Assembly: GCA_964016885.1 (NCBI GenBank)
Contig: OZ024741.1
Span: 192,944,001 to 193,008,000, forward strand
Length of the DNA stretch: 64,000 nt
Source: Eledone cirrhosa
Lineage: Eukaryota
Direction: 5' to 3'
The notes under the pieces were generated by a model that was given only the letters and a program-made list of their open reading frames with translations, was not told the origin of the DNA and did no database searches. Each line of letters starts with the position of its first letter. Within the stretch, counting starts at the first letter, position 1. Both the position numbers and the translations under genes were made by a program. Of this stretch, positions 52,682 to 64,000 are shown one piece after another.

Positions 52682-52967
52682 AGAAAAAAAAATGAAATCG
52701 AAAATGCAACTGGAGTCTTATTTAAAAAAATATATATATATTTATTTGGTTCCTTTACCGGTTTCGCAGTTCTTCTGCTTTTCAAAAGTAGAGTTGAGAT
52801 GGAGGGTCTGTAGTTTTTCTCACATCTGAGAAAAACTACAGACCCTCCATCTCAACTCTACTTTTGAAAAGCAGAAGAACTGCGAAACCGGTAAAGGAAC
52901 CAAATAAATATATATATCTTTTTTTAAATAAGACTCCAGTTGCATTTTCGATTTCATTTTTTTTTCT
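52682..52967. repeat. Near-perfect foldback, ~141-bp arms, 4-nt loop
   Basis: ..gtagtttttctca catc tgagaaaaactac.. Confidence 0.95.
52861..52896 (+). ncRNA. Hammerhead candidate with a U3-A8 variant core (mirror copy on minus at ~52753-52788)
   Basis: ctt TTGAAAA gcag aagaa ctgc GAAA ccgg TA aag, with AATAAA at 52903. Confidence 0.6.
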
Positions 52968-53644
52968 TTATACTTTCACTCGTGTAGGACACCTCGGTTA
53001 TTTTTCATTTTGTAAAAAAAACCTCACTTTCTAATATATATATATAATATAGTATATAGAGAAGAAAACACAAAAAGGGGTTATGTTTTCATTTACAAGG
53101 AGTGGAGAACCACTAAAGTGAAGGATATATGGTCTACGAAAAGTGGAGAAAATACATAACAATTAAGAGGTAAAATTAAAACGTAAAACACCCACCTTTA
53201 TAATTATACACACCTGGGCATTCCCAAAGAAGAGAATGTTTCGCCAAAGTGCTGGTTCGATACCTGCTCAGAAATTATCAACAGGTGGAAAGAAGGTACA
53301 ACGAACACATCTAAGGATATTTCAGACAGCTGAATAAAGCACGTGGTGTTAGAATGAAAACACGCGCACCAGACAGTATATAGTGGTATGAATGGATCAA
53401 GAAGCCGCTAGAAAAGGCAGCTTATAACCATTCAACTTAGCTCAACTAACAAAGAATTTAGGTGCGAAAACAATTGAAAGAACGGAGTTGAAGTGAGAGA
53501 GAGTGAGAGAGAGAGATAGAGAAAGCGAGAGGGAGAGAGAGAGATGGCTGACTAAATGCACACACGAAATTTCCTCCTTTTTTTTCTGCGTTTTGTTTTT
53601 AACTCTCGTCTATCTTTCTAGTTTTTATTCTATCTCTCTTTTTA

Positions 53645-53680
53645 TCTTCTGATGAAAGTCTATTGTTCGAAATGTTAAGA
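53645..53680 (+). ncRNA. Decayed minimal hammerhead candidate
   Basis: tctt CTGATGA aagtctattgttc GAAA tg TT aaga. Stem I pairs; stem II is weak. Confidence 0.4.
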
Positions 53681-54403
53681 CACTTTTCCTACTATATCAA
53701 ACGTTAAACTAATATATATCATTATTGTACTGTATTGTTCTACTGTGTTGTTTTCCACCGCAGAATCTGCACGAATAAATATTGTAACTATATCTATAAA
53801 ATATTTACCAACATTCAAATGGTTCTTACTGCAGCATTTATGCCAACTGAGCTTTCTTCTCTACAGGTTATACGTTTCTCTTTCAGTAACCAAAATTGGG
53901 AACAGATCTGGAATAGCTTTCTGGTTTGTGGGGAGGGGTTCATCGGAACTTGCATTTCTATAGAGACCCCAACAAATCTCATATTGCTTCATGCCACATC
54001 CTAACTTCCCACATGCCCACAATATGTATCATACGTGATCTTATTTTAATAAACAAAATTGTATATACATTGAGAGATAGACGGAGAAAATGAACATTTC
54101 CATTTCAAATCAAGTTGGCTCACATTTAAAACTAAACGATGCCAAACATACTGGCATCCCATCAAATTATTGAACATTTAAAGATTATTTACTGTCTCTT
54201 CGGACATCTATGGGCTTCTTTTTTCTCCTTTTTCTCTTTCCACTATTTCTTTCTTTTTTATTTTTGTTCTTTTGATTTATTTATCGATCTATAATGTATG
54301 CACTCACGCGTGTGTGCACGCATACAGGCTCTCTCGTTTTCGTTATCAAATCTGGAATTTGCTGTCGAAACCACAAGAGCTCAGACGTCGGACCCCGACT
54401 CTC

Positions 54404-54521
<118 letters not shown>

Positions 54522-54577
54522 TATATGTGTGTGTGTATGTATTTACGTATATATATATATATATATTTGTGTGTGTA

Positions 54578-54659
<82 letters not shown>

Positions 54660-54823
54660 TGTGTTTGTGTGTTTGTGTGTGTTTGTGTATCGCGGGTTCA
54701 ATCGGAGTAACCACAGTAAGTAAGGTACTCAATATATAGTAGAGTATATAATGTTTAATATAGAAATGGCTTCTTCGGGACTAGAACTGTCTCATTCGTA
54801 GGAAATTCCCCGGAAAGCCCTGA

Positions 54824-54866
<43 letters not shown>

Positions 54867-54950
54867 ATAATAATAAATTTGAAGACTAAAATCCAAAGAG
54901 GGCTCGATAAGGATAAATATATATCAGATATATAAGAACCATAGAGCAAA

Positions 54951-55050
54951 TATTTATTAAAATAACAGATTAAAGTTTAAGCAAAGAATCTCTGCTTTCA
55001 CCCTTAACGGGATTTTCTGATTAAACTTTAATCTGTTATTTTAATAAATA
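54951..55050. repeat. Inverted repeat; its arm also occurs at 16750-16788 and (inverted) 6556-6600, always next to (TA)n
   Basis: tatttattaaaataacagattaaagtttaa ... ttaaactttaatctgttattttaataaata. Confidence 0.85.
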
Positions 55051-55069
55051 TATATATATATATATTCAA

Positions 55070-55930
55070 TTGAAGAATGATGGTTGATTAAAAGGCTGCC
55101 GACGTTTTCTTTAACAGACGTGAAGTACTTTCCGGTTTTTATTCATCCGTAGTTTTAATACAATAAATAAAAGAAACGGTTTTATTCGCACATCCCTATT
55201 TTATTCGATATACGTATTTCGTAAGACAGTTATATAATAGCTGCCTTACGTGTTCTGTTCAGACAAATGAGATGTTAAATTCCATTGATATCACGTGTTA
55301 TTCACTTCGCTGACCAGTAAGCATTTGTTCAAATTTCTCTAGTAGCAGTTTTTATTTTGTGCGGGAGATAGTTGTTGTTGCTGGGAAGTGGTGATTGTGA
55401 ACTGGCTGGGGTATCAGGTTCCCAGATGTGTTGCTTGATTCATAGTATGGCATGGAGGAACTGTTAATATATTTTTTAATTTCATATTTCTGGACTAGAT
55501 TTTATTCACTTAGATATTGATTTTAATGTTAGATATTTGTCCTTTGATGCTGATGTTATAATGTATCTATATACTAATAATGGTTAATTAATTATTTGAG
55601 GGTCTATTTTAACTATATACTCTACCGAATGTCTTATTAGTTTTGTGTAAACAAGTATTGAATGTATCATAGCGTTTATTAATAATGTTTTGCCTACTAT
55701 GTTTGATGTGTACAGAGATCCTACCCAGAAGATATAGACCCATTTATATAGGGAAAAGCATGTGAAAGTTTTGACCAAGACAGGAAGTATTTTACTTGAT
55801 TATTTTTTAGCGACCAAATCAGTTCCGAAAGGGCTGGGCTAGTTCTTTTATCACCTCTTTTAAATGAGTGGCGATGGTTGTACCATCTTCCATTAAATTT
55901 GGTTGTACCAACTTCCAGAAGTTGCGCCAA
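55070..55930 (-). mobile_element. Second Naiad-like PLE 3' fragment (GIY-YIG C-half, decayed hammerhead at ~55203-55262)
   Basis: TTKFNGRWYNHRHSFK..ALSELIWSLK is homologous to 8020-8130. Downstream on minus: gtaaggcagctat..ataactgtcttac GAAA tacgta TA. Confidence 0.65.
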
Positions 55931-55949
55931 TATATCTATAAGTCTTACT

Positions 55950-55981
<32 letters not shown>

Positions 55982-55987
55982 CGTGCG

Positions 55988-56030
<43 letters not shown>

Positions 56031-57139
56031 GTCTGCTGGTAGACTATTCGGTAATGAAGTAGCTATAAATGGACCAGAACATAAATCCTTATTAAATATG
56101 AATAGTGTATTTCATAATTTAAACGAATACATGTTATAAAGCTTATTCATGCATATTAAATAGGAACACATGGTTAAGTGTAAGCGAAAATATTATAGCT
56201 TCAATTCACTAGAAAGTATTATTGAACCAGATGCTTTCAATTTTATTTGAAATTCATGTTTTCATTTGTTTGCAGCACCTACAAAAATGACCTGAAGAAG
56301 AGTTGAAGGCATATCCAAACCAGAAAGCTGGCTCAAATGCTTGCAACATCCAAGCTAAAGACATCCAAGCGCCTTGTGGTGGTGTTAAAATGGTTGATGG
56401 ATTCCATTCTTCACTTAGATTATCATAAACTGTAAGTTGAATAAATAAGTTGACAACACAACATCGACAATATAGCGGGATTCTACTCGTTAAACTTTTG
56501 AGGAGAAATTGAAAGCATTAAAACACGAACTCAATACACTGAAAGAAAAAAATCTTCATTATCGTAAAACACCAAATGGAAGAAAAACCAGCATTAACAA
56601 CAGGTTTGCCTCTATTCCACAATCAGTATACCTTAGAATGAAAAGGAATAGCAATATCATCATATATATATATTTTTTTTTAAAGCCCATTTCAGGTAGA
56701 TTTTAATTCCTATTAGTCTATGTTATGGAATAAAGAAAATTTTAACCGGAATGAAACCATGAATAATACTGTGCCAACATTGAGAATAAACCTTACACAG
56801 TCGAATATGTGGCTTGTTAAAAATCTATAGATTATAAACACAATGCTAGGCGTTAAGTGTAGTAACTCCACTAAAAGTGACGCTATACATCAAAAATAAG
56901 TATTTGGCTTTGAGTCAGCCCATTGAAGAGCATTCAGGAACATTTTACACGCCAAGACAAACAATTAAAAATAATTCATACCATTTCTTTCTAAAATGTT
57001 TCGCGCATATATGTACACACAAAAGTACACCCACACAAGTACACACGTATACTATATATTCTTTTATCTTTCTATTGGCTTCAGTCATTAGACTGCGGTC
57101 ATGCAGGGGCCTCATATATATATATATATATACATATAT

Positions 57140-57203
<64 letters not shown>

Positions 57204-57466
57204 GATAACAAGTTATCGTTTCAGGTAATCCAGTTAGAGGTTGTGAGTGCTCTGTACTATGGGTAGTTTTAACTCTTTACTACTATGTATATATATATGT
57301 ATATATATATATATATATATAAACAATGAGTTATATGCTTGTTGATGAATATTCAAGAGAATTGTGTCCATAACAGATATGAAGCACTCTACAAGGAAAT
57401 TTTTATCTGGAGTATTATAATATGAATAATAGTAATAAATGGAAAATATCACTATAGCATCATATT

Positions 57467-57526
57467 TATTTTATTATACATATTTCAAGGATACCAAATT
57501 ATGGTATGCTTTCATCAGATAAAATA
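57467..57526 (-). ncRNA. Type I hammerhead ribozyme, best-preserved copy of the TATTTTAT family
   Basis: Minus strand reads tattttat CTGATGA aagcatacca taatt tggtatcctt GAAA tatgta TA ataaaata. Confidence 0.82.
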
Positions 57527-57679
57527 CAATATTTGATGTATAAGATAGTGACATACTCAAAGTATAAACGTCCAACGTCAGCTTACAATTCCACTGTAAA
57601 ATAAGAAGAACAGTAGGAAAGGCTAATGGGATTTTCTCATAGAATAACAGCAAAACGTCTATTTACAAAAAAGGAATTT

Positions 57680-57725
57680 ATCGTACCGGTTTCAGCCAAA
57701 CGTTGTTTGGCTTCTTCATGCTACA
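57680..57725 (-). ncRNA. Decayed hammerhead candidate
   Basis: Minus strand reads aTGAAGA agccaaac aac gtttggct GAAA ccgg TA. Stems II and III are perfect; C3 and stem I are lost. Confidence 0.45.
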
Positions 57726-57955
57726 GGAAATGTGATTAGGAGTGTATAATAAAATTTATAAGGTGTATATTAATAAGTAGATGGTACAAGAGAACATAGT
57801 TTACATACATATAAAAATAAGTTCACATTTTCGTTTATCGCTTTTCTCTCTCTGTCCTCCTTGGTGGTGTGAAATAGAAGTCAGTTTGTTCTCTGTTCTT
57901 GCTCGACTGGTGTTGACTTCAACTGCAGTGGTAGTAGTGGTAGTAGTAGAGGGGG

Positions 57956-58026
57956 AGAAGAAGAAGAAGAAGAAGAAGAAGAAGAAGAAGAAGAAGAAGA
58001 AGAAGAAGAAGAAGAAGAAGAAGAAG

Positions 58027-58057
<31 letters not shown>

Positions 58058-58058
58058 T
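57956..58058. repeat. (AAG)n(AAC)n trinucleotide repeat
   Basis: Direct reading of the sequence. Confidence 0.97.
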
Positions 58059-58067
58059 CAAAAACCA

Positions 58068-59222
58068 GAGATATCGCTGAGGTTGCGACATCTCTGGTGC
58101 TTCCTTGACGGTGAACAGGTGCTGTCACCGTTTGCCAGACGCGCCTTCCCCCAGCTCGTCTCCTTGGCGGAGCTGCAGTTCTGGATCAGGAGAGACCGAT
58201 GCTTGGAAGCTAGAATGTCTCCAAGCGCTTACCGCCCTCTGGGCACTAGTATCGGTGGAACATCCACCTCGGCATTCCATAGAGGGCTAGTGGAGGGGAA
58301 GAGCGACGACGTTCTCGGGGAGACCCTGGGCGTCGAAGATTATCAGCTGGCAGAAATCCCTGGGCGTGGAAGACGATCGGCTGTTCGCTCTCTTCAGCCC
58401 AGGGCCTATGGATAACTTCCAGAAATCCCTTGCCTGGCAGTGCTACCGAGGAGCTTTGCCGGTTCGAGATAAGCTCTACAGGCAGGGAAGTGCCGTCAGC
58501 CGAGCCTGTCCGAGATGCGCGCAGAGCTACGAAACCGTCATGCACGCACTCGTTCAGTGTCCGAGTATTGCTGACTTGTGGAGCTATGTCGAACAGTTGC
58601 TGTCGCGTGTAGGACCGATCCGGTTATCGACTGAGTGCATTGTGCAGATGTTCTCGCCGTCTTCCTTCGAGGAGGAAGGGCAGGTGGTTTTCATCTGCCT
58701 GGTGGCCATGGCGAAAGAGATTGTGTGGTGGACTAGGTTGAAAAGGTTAAAGACAGACACTTTCCTCTTCGGCGAATCCCTGATGAACTTTTTCAAGTTT
58801 CACTTGAAGAAGAAAATCAGGGTGGAGAGGCAAGTGCTGCCTTCTAGCAAGTTTGTTGAAAGGTGGGTGAATGTAGCGAGAATGGTCCGAGTGAACGGCA
58901 CCGCTCTGAATATACGCCTGTAGTTTGAGAAATGGAAAAATTGAGAGTGGTCAGGGTGGCCGTGGTCTTTTGTGCGGTTTTCGCCACGAGTAACCCTCAG
59001 AGGTTTACCCCCTATTGGGTAATTTTTCATTGTTTCAATTTTCATTTTTATTGTTTATATATATATATGTTTCTATGTCTTTTTTTTCTTTTTTTATATA
59101 AATAATAAAAATCTTTACACGCACAAAACCCACATCATACCGTGCTGTGCCGTCTGTAATGTTTTTCTTGATGTCAGCCCTTGTGGCCAATAAAGAAATC
59201 ATTATTATTATTATTATTATTG
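58068..59222 (+). mobile_element. L1/Tx1 3' fragment with 3' UTR and (ATT)n tail
   Basis: PMDNFQKSLAWQCYRGALPV..CPRC..ETVMHALVQC..FFKFHLK, stop at 58923, then ccaataaagaaatc(att)n. Confidence 0.92.
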
Positions 59223-62200
59223 ATTGATCGAGCGTCTTTTTGCTCGTTCCCGAAAGTCTCTTTATTTACGTGTCAGAAAATCCTTTATTGTAAATTTTTG
59301 TTATCGTGTAAGGGACATAAACCCTTGGACTCTGCCCTGTGAAGTGAAAAGTATAATATCCGCGCCTTTTGGCCCAAATATTTGAACTTTTTACATTTAA
59401 AAATTATTTTAAAAAAACATGGCTGAGCCAATTTTCAATGTCTTTGAAACCACCAACCTACTTCCTGGAGCAACAAGAGCGACGCACAGTGTCATACAGC
59501 ACAGTTGGCACGAAATCGCGTCGTGTGGAGAGAGCAACGGAGGCCCAAATCCAGAAAGCCTTGGGAACTGTGTGGGCACGGAAAGCCCACATCACCCGAG
59601 GAAAGAGGTATGCTACGCTGGACGTCATTTTTGCTACCACCCAGGAAGCAAAATCGCACTCACTAAGGACCCTACGAAGTGATGACATAACGTTAGTCCC
59701 GTTTTACTGCGGGAAAAAATTGCAAAGGTCAGGGTAACCCAGGTCCCGCCCTTCGTACTCATGCCTTGGCTGATCGTGTTGTTCTTGTGGGCATCGAGGA
59801 TAAAACAACCATTCTGCAGGTACAGAAGTTGGGGGGAGAGGACTGGTCCGGTATTGGAATGGAGATGCTCATCCAAACCGACCAGGACTGCATCAACGCT
59901 ATTCCTGACGTAATAGACCTCGGGAGTGGCTCCCAACTTCCCATATCTGTGGAAGGAAGGCGCCCAAAATGCTTCAACTGTGGATCGAAGTCTCACCTCA
60001 GGTCCTTCTGCCCACTGAAAATAACAAAGGTCAAGGCCCCCCCTCCTTCCAACGCCGGAACCGCTGCCATCAGAAACAGAGCAGTCAGCGAAAAGGTCGG
60101 GAGTTTCTACAGAGAGTAGGAGGACATCGTCCATGGCACCCACATAAAAGGCTCGGACAATAAAAACAGCGATGGCAGCGGCAGCAACAAAAAGAGTTGC
60201 ACTAGCTGCACCTGTGCCCAGAACGGCAAACCAGGCTCCACCACCACTACCACCATCACCAACAACAACAAAGACAAATGAGAGGGTAGAACTCATACCC
60301 CTCCCCGACCTCTCACAGTCAGATAGAGTATGAGGCGGCAGAGGAGTGGAAAACGGTTGGCCAAAAAAAAAAAAACGCAAAAAAACCACAGCTTCTCCCT
60401 CCAAAAACGAAGCCATAGAAAGAGGGGTAAAGGCTGCAAGGAGACTTGCAGCAACACCACCACCATCATCATCACCACCACAAGAAACACCACCAACAAC
60501 AACCACACCACCACCAGCATCACCACAAACAGCAACATCGCAAACACAACACAGCACACACACCCAACAGCAACAACAAGAAAACAGCCCCCCCCCCCTC
60601 ATACAAAAAAATCATTACGCAGCCATAAACATGACAAATAATAAAGAACTCTTAGAACATATAAATCAGCACAGAGACTTTACAAACATAAATTACCACA
60701 GCCCACCAACACCAGGAACATTAGCAAAAATATTAACATTGTCGAAATTAAACTTGAAGATTATAAACAGTTAAAACAAAAATTCAAAAACTGCGTTGGG
60801 GATTTCAGAGGGTCATTCTCCCAAAGAATCTACACAGATATCATCTTGGAGAAACCGATGACCAACCGAACGGACGGTTCTACTGTCCCTTCCCCACACG
60901 ATCAAAGTAAGTGATCCTTTCTCACTTACCCCGTTCCTCACCCAGCATGGCCGAACTGAGAATAGGCAGTGTAAATATACGTGGCCTGGGATCATCTAGG
61001 AAACAGGATCACCTGACCAGAATCTCCGAAGCACGAGACTTCGCACCAATCTTCGGCGGCTATGATGTATACGCATCTCCCAGCCGTCTGGGATTGGCGG
61101 GGAGGAGTTGCTGTGCTTTTACGGGGATGCTTTGATCACGCCATACGGGCCATCTTCCTGCATCCAGAAGGTAAGTCGGTGGTGCTGGACGTGATCAGCA
61201 GTGTAGGCAATGCTTTCAGGCTAGTAGCCCTCTACGCCCCAATAGGGGAAGGACGGCCAGATTTCTTCAGGCGTCTAGAGACCTTTCTTGGAACGTCCAG
61301 CTCTTTAGTGTTAGTGGGCGACTGGAACGGTACTGAGATGCACGCTGGTATTATGTGGGACTAGTAGACAGGAGAGGAGGGTGTAAAAGCCTCAATAACC
61401 TGCTCAAACCTTTTGTACTGTCTGACAGGTATCAATTGGATTATCCAAATGTGCCAATGTGGACATGGCCAAACAGCATCGGGTCATGCAAATCATATTA
61501 AGATAGGGTATTCTGTAGGGAAACAGATAAGGCTGGTGTAGGTTGTCCACAATTTAAAGTAGTCGACTACACGGACCACAAATTTGTGATCTGTGAAGTT
61601 AACTTGAATAAACTCCATGGGCAAAGGCCCGGTTACTGGAAACTGAACGCGTCGTTCCCGGCGCGCAAAGCTTACAGAAACCGGATTGGCGAATTAGTTA
61701 AGCGTGCATTGACAGGTGCGATCATCAAAATAGGTGGTTGTCTACCCTGAAAAGGGCTATTAGGGTATAATCAATAAGGTTTCGCAAAGGAGTAGTGATA
61801 GAGGAAAATAGAGTTGAGGGAGAGCTAGTTAGAAAGCTAGAAGAGGCGTTTAGGACAGGCATCACAACCGACATGCTTGCGGCGAGATTGGCACTCGACC
61901 AATTCTTCAACGCAATGCATGAAGGCTGTGTTGTCAGAGCTAGAGCACGTGCTCTGAGACACGAGGGGACGAGAAGCCGTTCAATGGGCCCGGATGGTGG
62001 AGGCATAACGTGTCAACAAATCAACAATTCGGTCTTTGCCTGATCAAAACGGGCGCATGTTACTCGGATCCGAGCAGATGTGTGCAGTTTTTCAAAAGCA
62101 CTTTGTTCAATTGTTCGGAAGCGGCGGCGGGCCGGATCAGTGTATGGACTTCGGTGCATACCTTAACGGACTGCCGCGGCTCTAGACGACCGCAAAGCAG

Positions 62201-63521
62201 TGCTGCGAAAAGCCGATAACAGCAGGTGAAATACGGGAAGCGATGTCTGACTACACGAGGGGTAATAGACAACTTCAGGCCCATAAAGTTGCTAAAGGCA
62301 GATTTCAAGATTTGGGCCAAGGGGTTAGTAAAGAGATTGTTGCTTGTCGTTGGTGATCTGGTGGGAGAGGCAAAGACATGCGCCAGTCCGGACCGATCCA
62401 TTCACGACAAACTCCATCTCATGCGATACATCATAGAGGGGGTGATAATGGAACCTTGCACGGGTGGGACCATGATAAACTTGGATCAATCTAAAGCATT
62501 TGATAGGGTCGACCATCAGTACCCGTCTGCGGTCCTCGAGGCGGCCGGCGTCAGGCCCGTTTTTAGCAGCTGGATCGCTGCGATGCACAGCGACATCTGC
62601 TCGATTGTGAGGGTGAATGGTCACCTGTTGCAGCCTTTCAGCTTCATGCGCTCGGTTCGCCAGAGGTGTCCCCTTTCGTCCCTCTTGTACGTACTGGCCC
62701 TCGAGCCATTGCTGTACAAATTGGAGACCATGAGAGGGGGGATCTCTCGTGAACTGGGATGTGGGAGCTCCGTGTCCGCTTACGCCAACGAAGTCACCAT
62801 GGTGGTGTTGAGCACCAAACACGTCCAGATTCTCAGCACCGCTCTCAAGGAATACGAAGCGGTGACAGGAGCAAAGATAAACAAGGAAAGTCGGTGGGCA
62901 TGCAGCTCGGCACGTGGAGATGCAAGTCCATGCTGCCCGACAGTTAAATTACTCGGAGTCTGGTTCGGTCCGGACCTCCAGATGGAGAAAAACTGGAGCG
63001 AGGTGACAAGCAGTGTGGCCTCTCTCACCCAGAAATGGGCCGAGAGGAAGCTGTCCCTGAAAGTTCGGGCAGAGGTGGTGAATACGTTCATCGCATCCGT
63101 CATCTGCTACCACCTAACCGTTGTGCCTTGCCCCGGCCCATCTCTGACAAAAATGGAGTGCCTCTTCTTGCGCTTTTTATGGAAAGAACGTGCTAACATG
63201 GTCAGACGATCCATCTGCTGTCAACACCCGTTGCCTGGAGCGTTGGGCATGCCGTGGATGAGGATGCGCAAACACGCGCTGAGGCTGCAACATCCCTGGT
63301 GCTTCCTTGACGGTGAACAGGTGTGCTCACCGTTTGCCAGAGGTGTTTTTCCCTTCCTTGTCTCATTAATGAAACTGCAGTCCTGGATCAGGAAAAGACC
63401 GAGGGATAGCGCTTGAAAGCTGGAATGTCTGCAAACGCTCACCTCACTCTACGAGCTGGGCACTGATATCGGTGGAACATCCACCTCGGCGTTCTCTAGA
63501 GGACTAGTAGAGGGGAAGAGC
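59223..63521 (+). mobile_element. Decayed L1/Tx1 LINE (ORF1 ~59430-60910, ORF2 from 60947), 3'-truncated
   Basis: CFNCGSKSHLRSFC knuckle; MAELRIGSVNIRGL, ALYAP, LVGDWN, DNFRPI, DQSKAFDRVDH, YANE (dead YADD). Confidence 0.92.
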
Positions 63522-63882
63522 AAGTATAAGGACCTGGAGATAGACATTGGAAAAATGTTGGCATTGAGAACTAAAACAATACAAGTGGTTGTAGGTGCTT
63601 TAGGAATGATACCTAAGGGGTCTAATGATTACTTATCGAAATCCCAGGAAACCCGCGTATAGGAGAAATATAAAAGATACTACTAATGGGAACTGCCCAT
63701 ATACTAGGGAGGATTCTGTCAATATAAGCACATCTCAAGTCTAAACACCTAAAGATGCATGTGTGTGTATGTATGTTCTTTCTTAAACATGGCGGACCTT
63801 GTTGTCTCTTGAGGTCACTGGTTGTGACTTGGTGATAACTCGTATGAACATAAAGCAAGATAAATGCAACTGTAATAATAAC
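63518..63882 (+). mobile_element. R4/Dong 3' end, same family as 1-1503
   Basis: Near-identical to 1140-1503, with a TAA tail. Confidence 0.92.
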
Positions 63883-63886
63883 AACG

Positions 63887-64000
63887 ATTTTATTTATTGG
63901 CCACAAGGACTGACATCAATAAAAACATTACAGACGGCACAGGACGGTACAGGACGGTACGATGTGGGTTTTATGCGTGTAAAGATTTTTATTATTTATA
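63887..64000 (-). mobile_element. L1/Tx1 3' UTR end, running off the window
   Basis: Matches 32264-32370. Confidence 0.85.

Noticed and set aside
56285-56340. CTGAAGA...GAAAgctggcTC hammerhead-like motif
   Set aside because: Stem I does not pair and stem II is poor.
56500-56660. Possible R4-like N-terminal fragment (INNRFASIPQSVYLRMK)
   Set aside because: Too short and without catalytic motifs to annotate.

Overview
Eukaryotic, AT- and microsatellite-rich, almost entirely transposon-derived DNA. The SINE type and (TA)/(CA) load suggest an octopus-like cephalopod, which is an inference only. No host gene, rRNA, true tRNA gene or CRISPR array is supported. Contents: decayed R4/Dong retrotransposons (RT + restriction-like endonuclease); two clusters of nested L1/Tx1 LINEs (29.9-43.6 kb and 58-64 kb); a CR1/L2-group LINE; RTE fragments; tRNA-derived SINEs; a frameshifted RepHel Helitron plus several non-autonomous Helitrons, three of them joined head-to-tail; Penelope-like (Naiad-type GIY-YIG) remnants; and a 200-N assembly gap. 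The most notable signal lies outside the ORF track: about a dozen minimal type I hammerhead-ribozyme motifs read by eye. Most lie near (TA)n tracts, several precede AATAAA, several sit as divergent pairs in foldback inverted repeats, and one has a U3-A8 covariant core. The main SINE also appears to share its 3' end with the local Tx1 LINE, and Tx1 and R4 elements insert into the same (TAA)n target with opposite polarity. All coordinates were read manually, so element ends are approximate.
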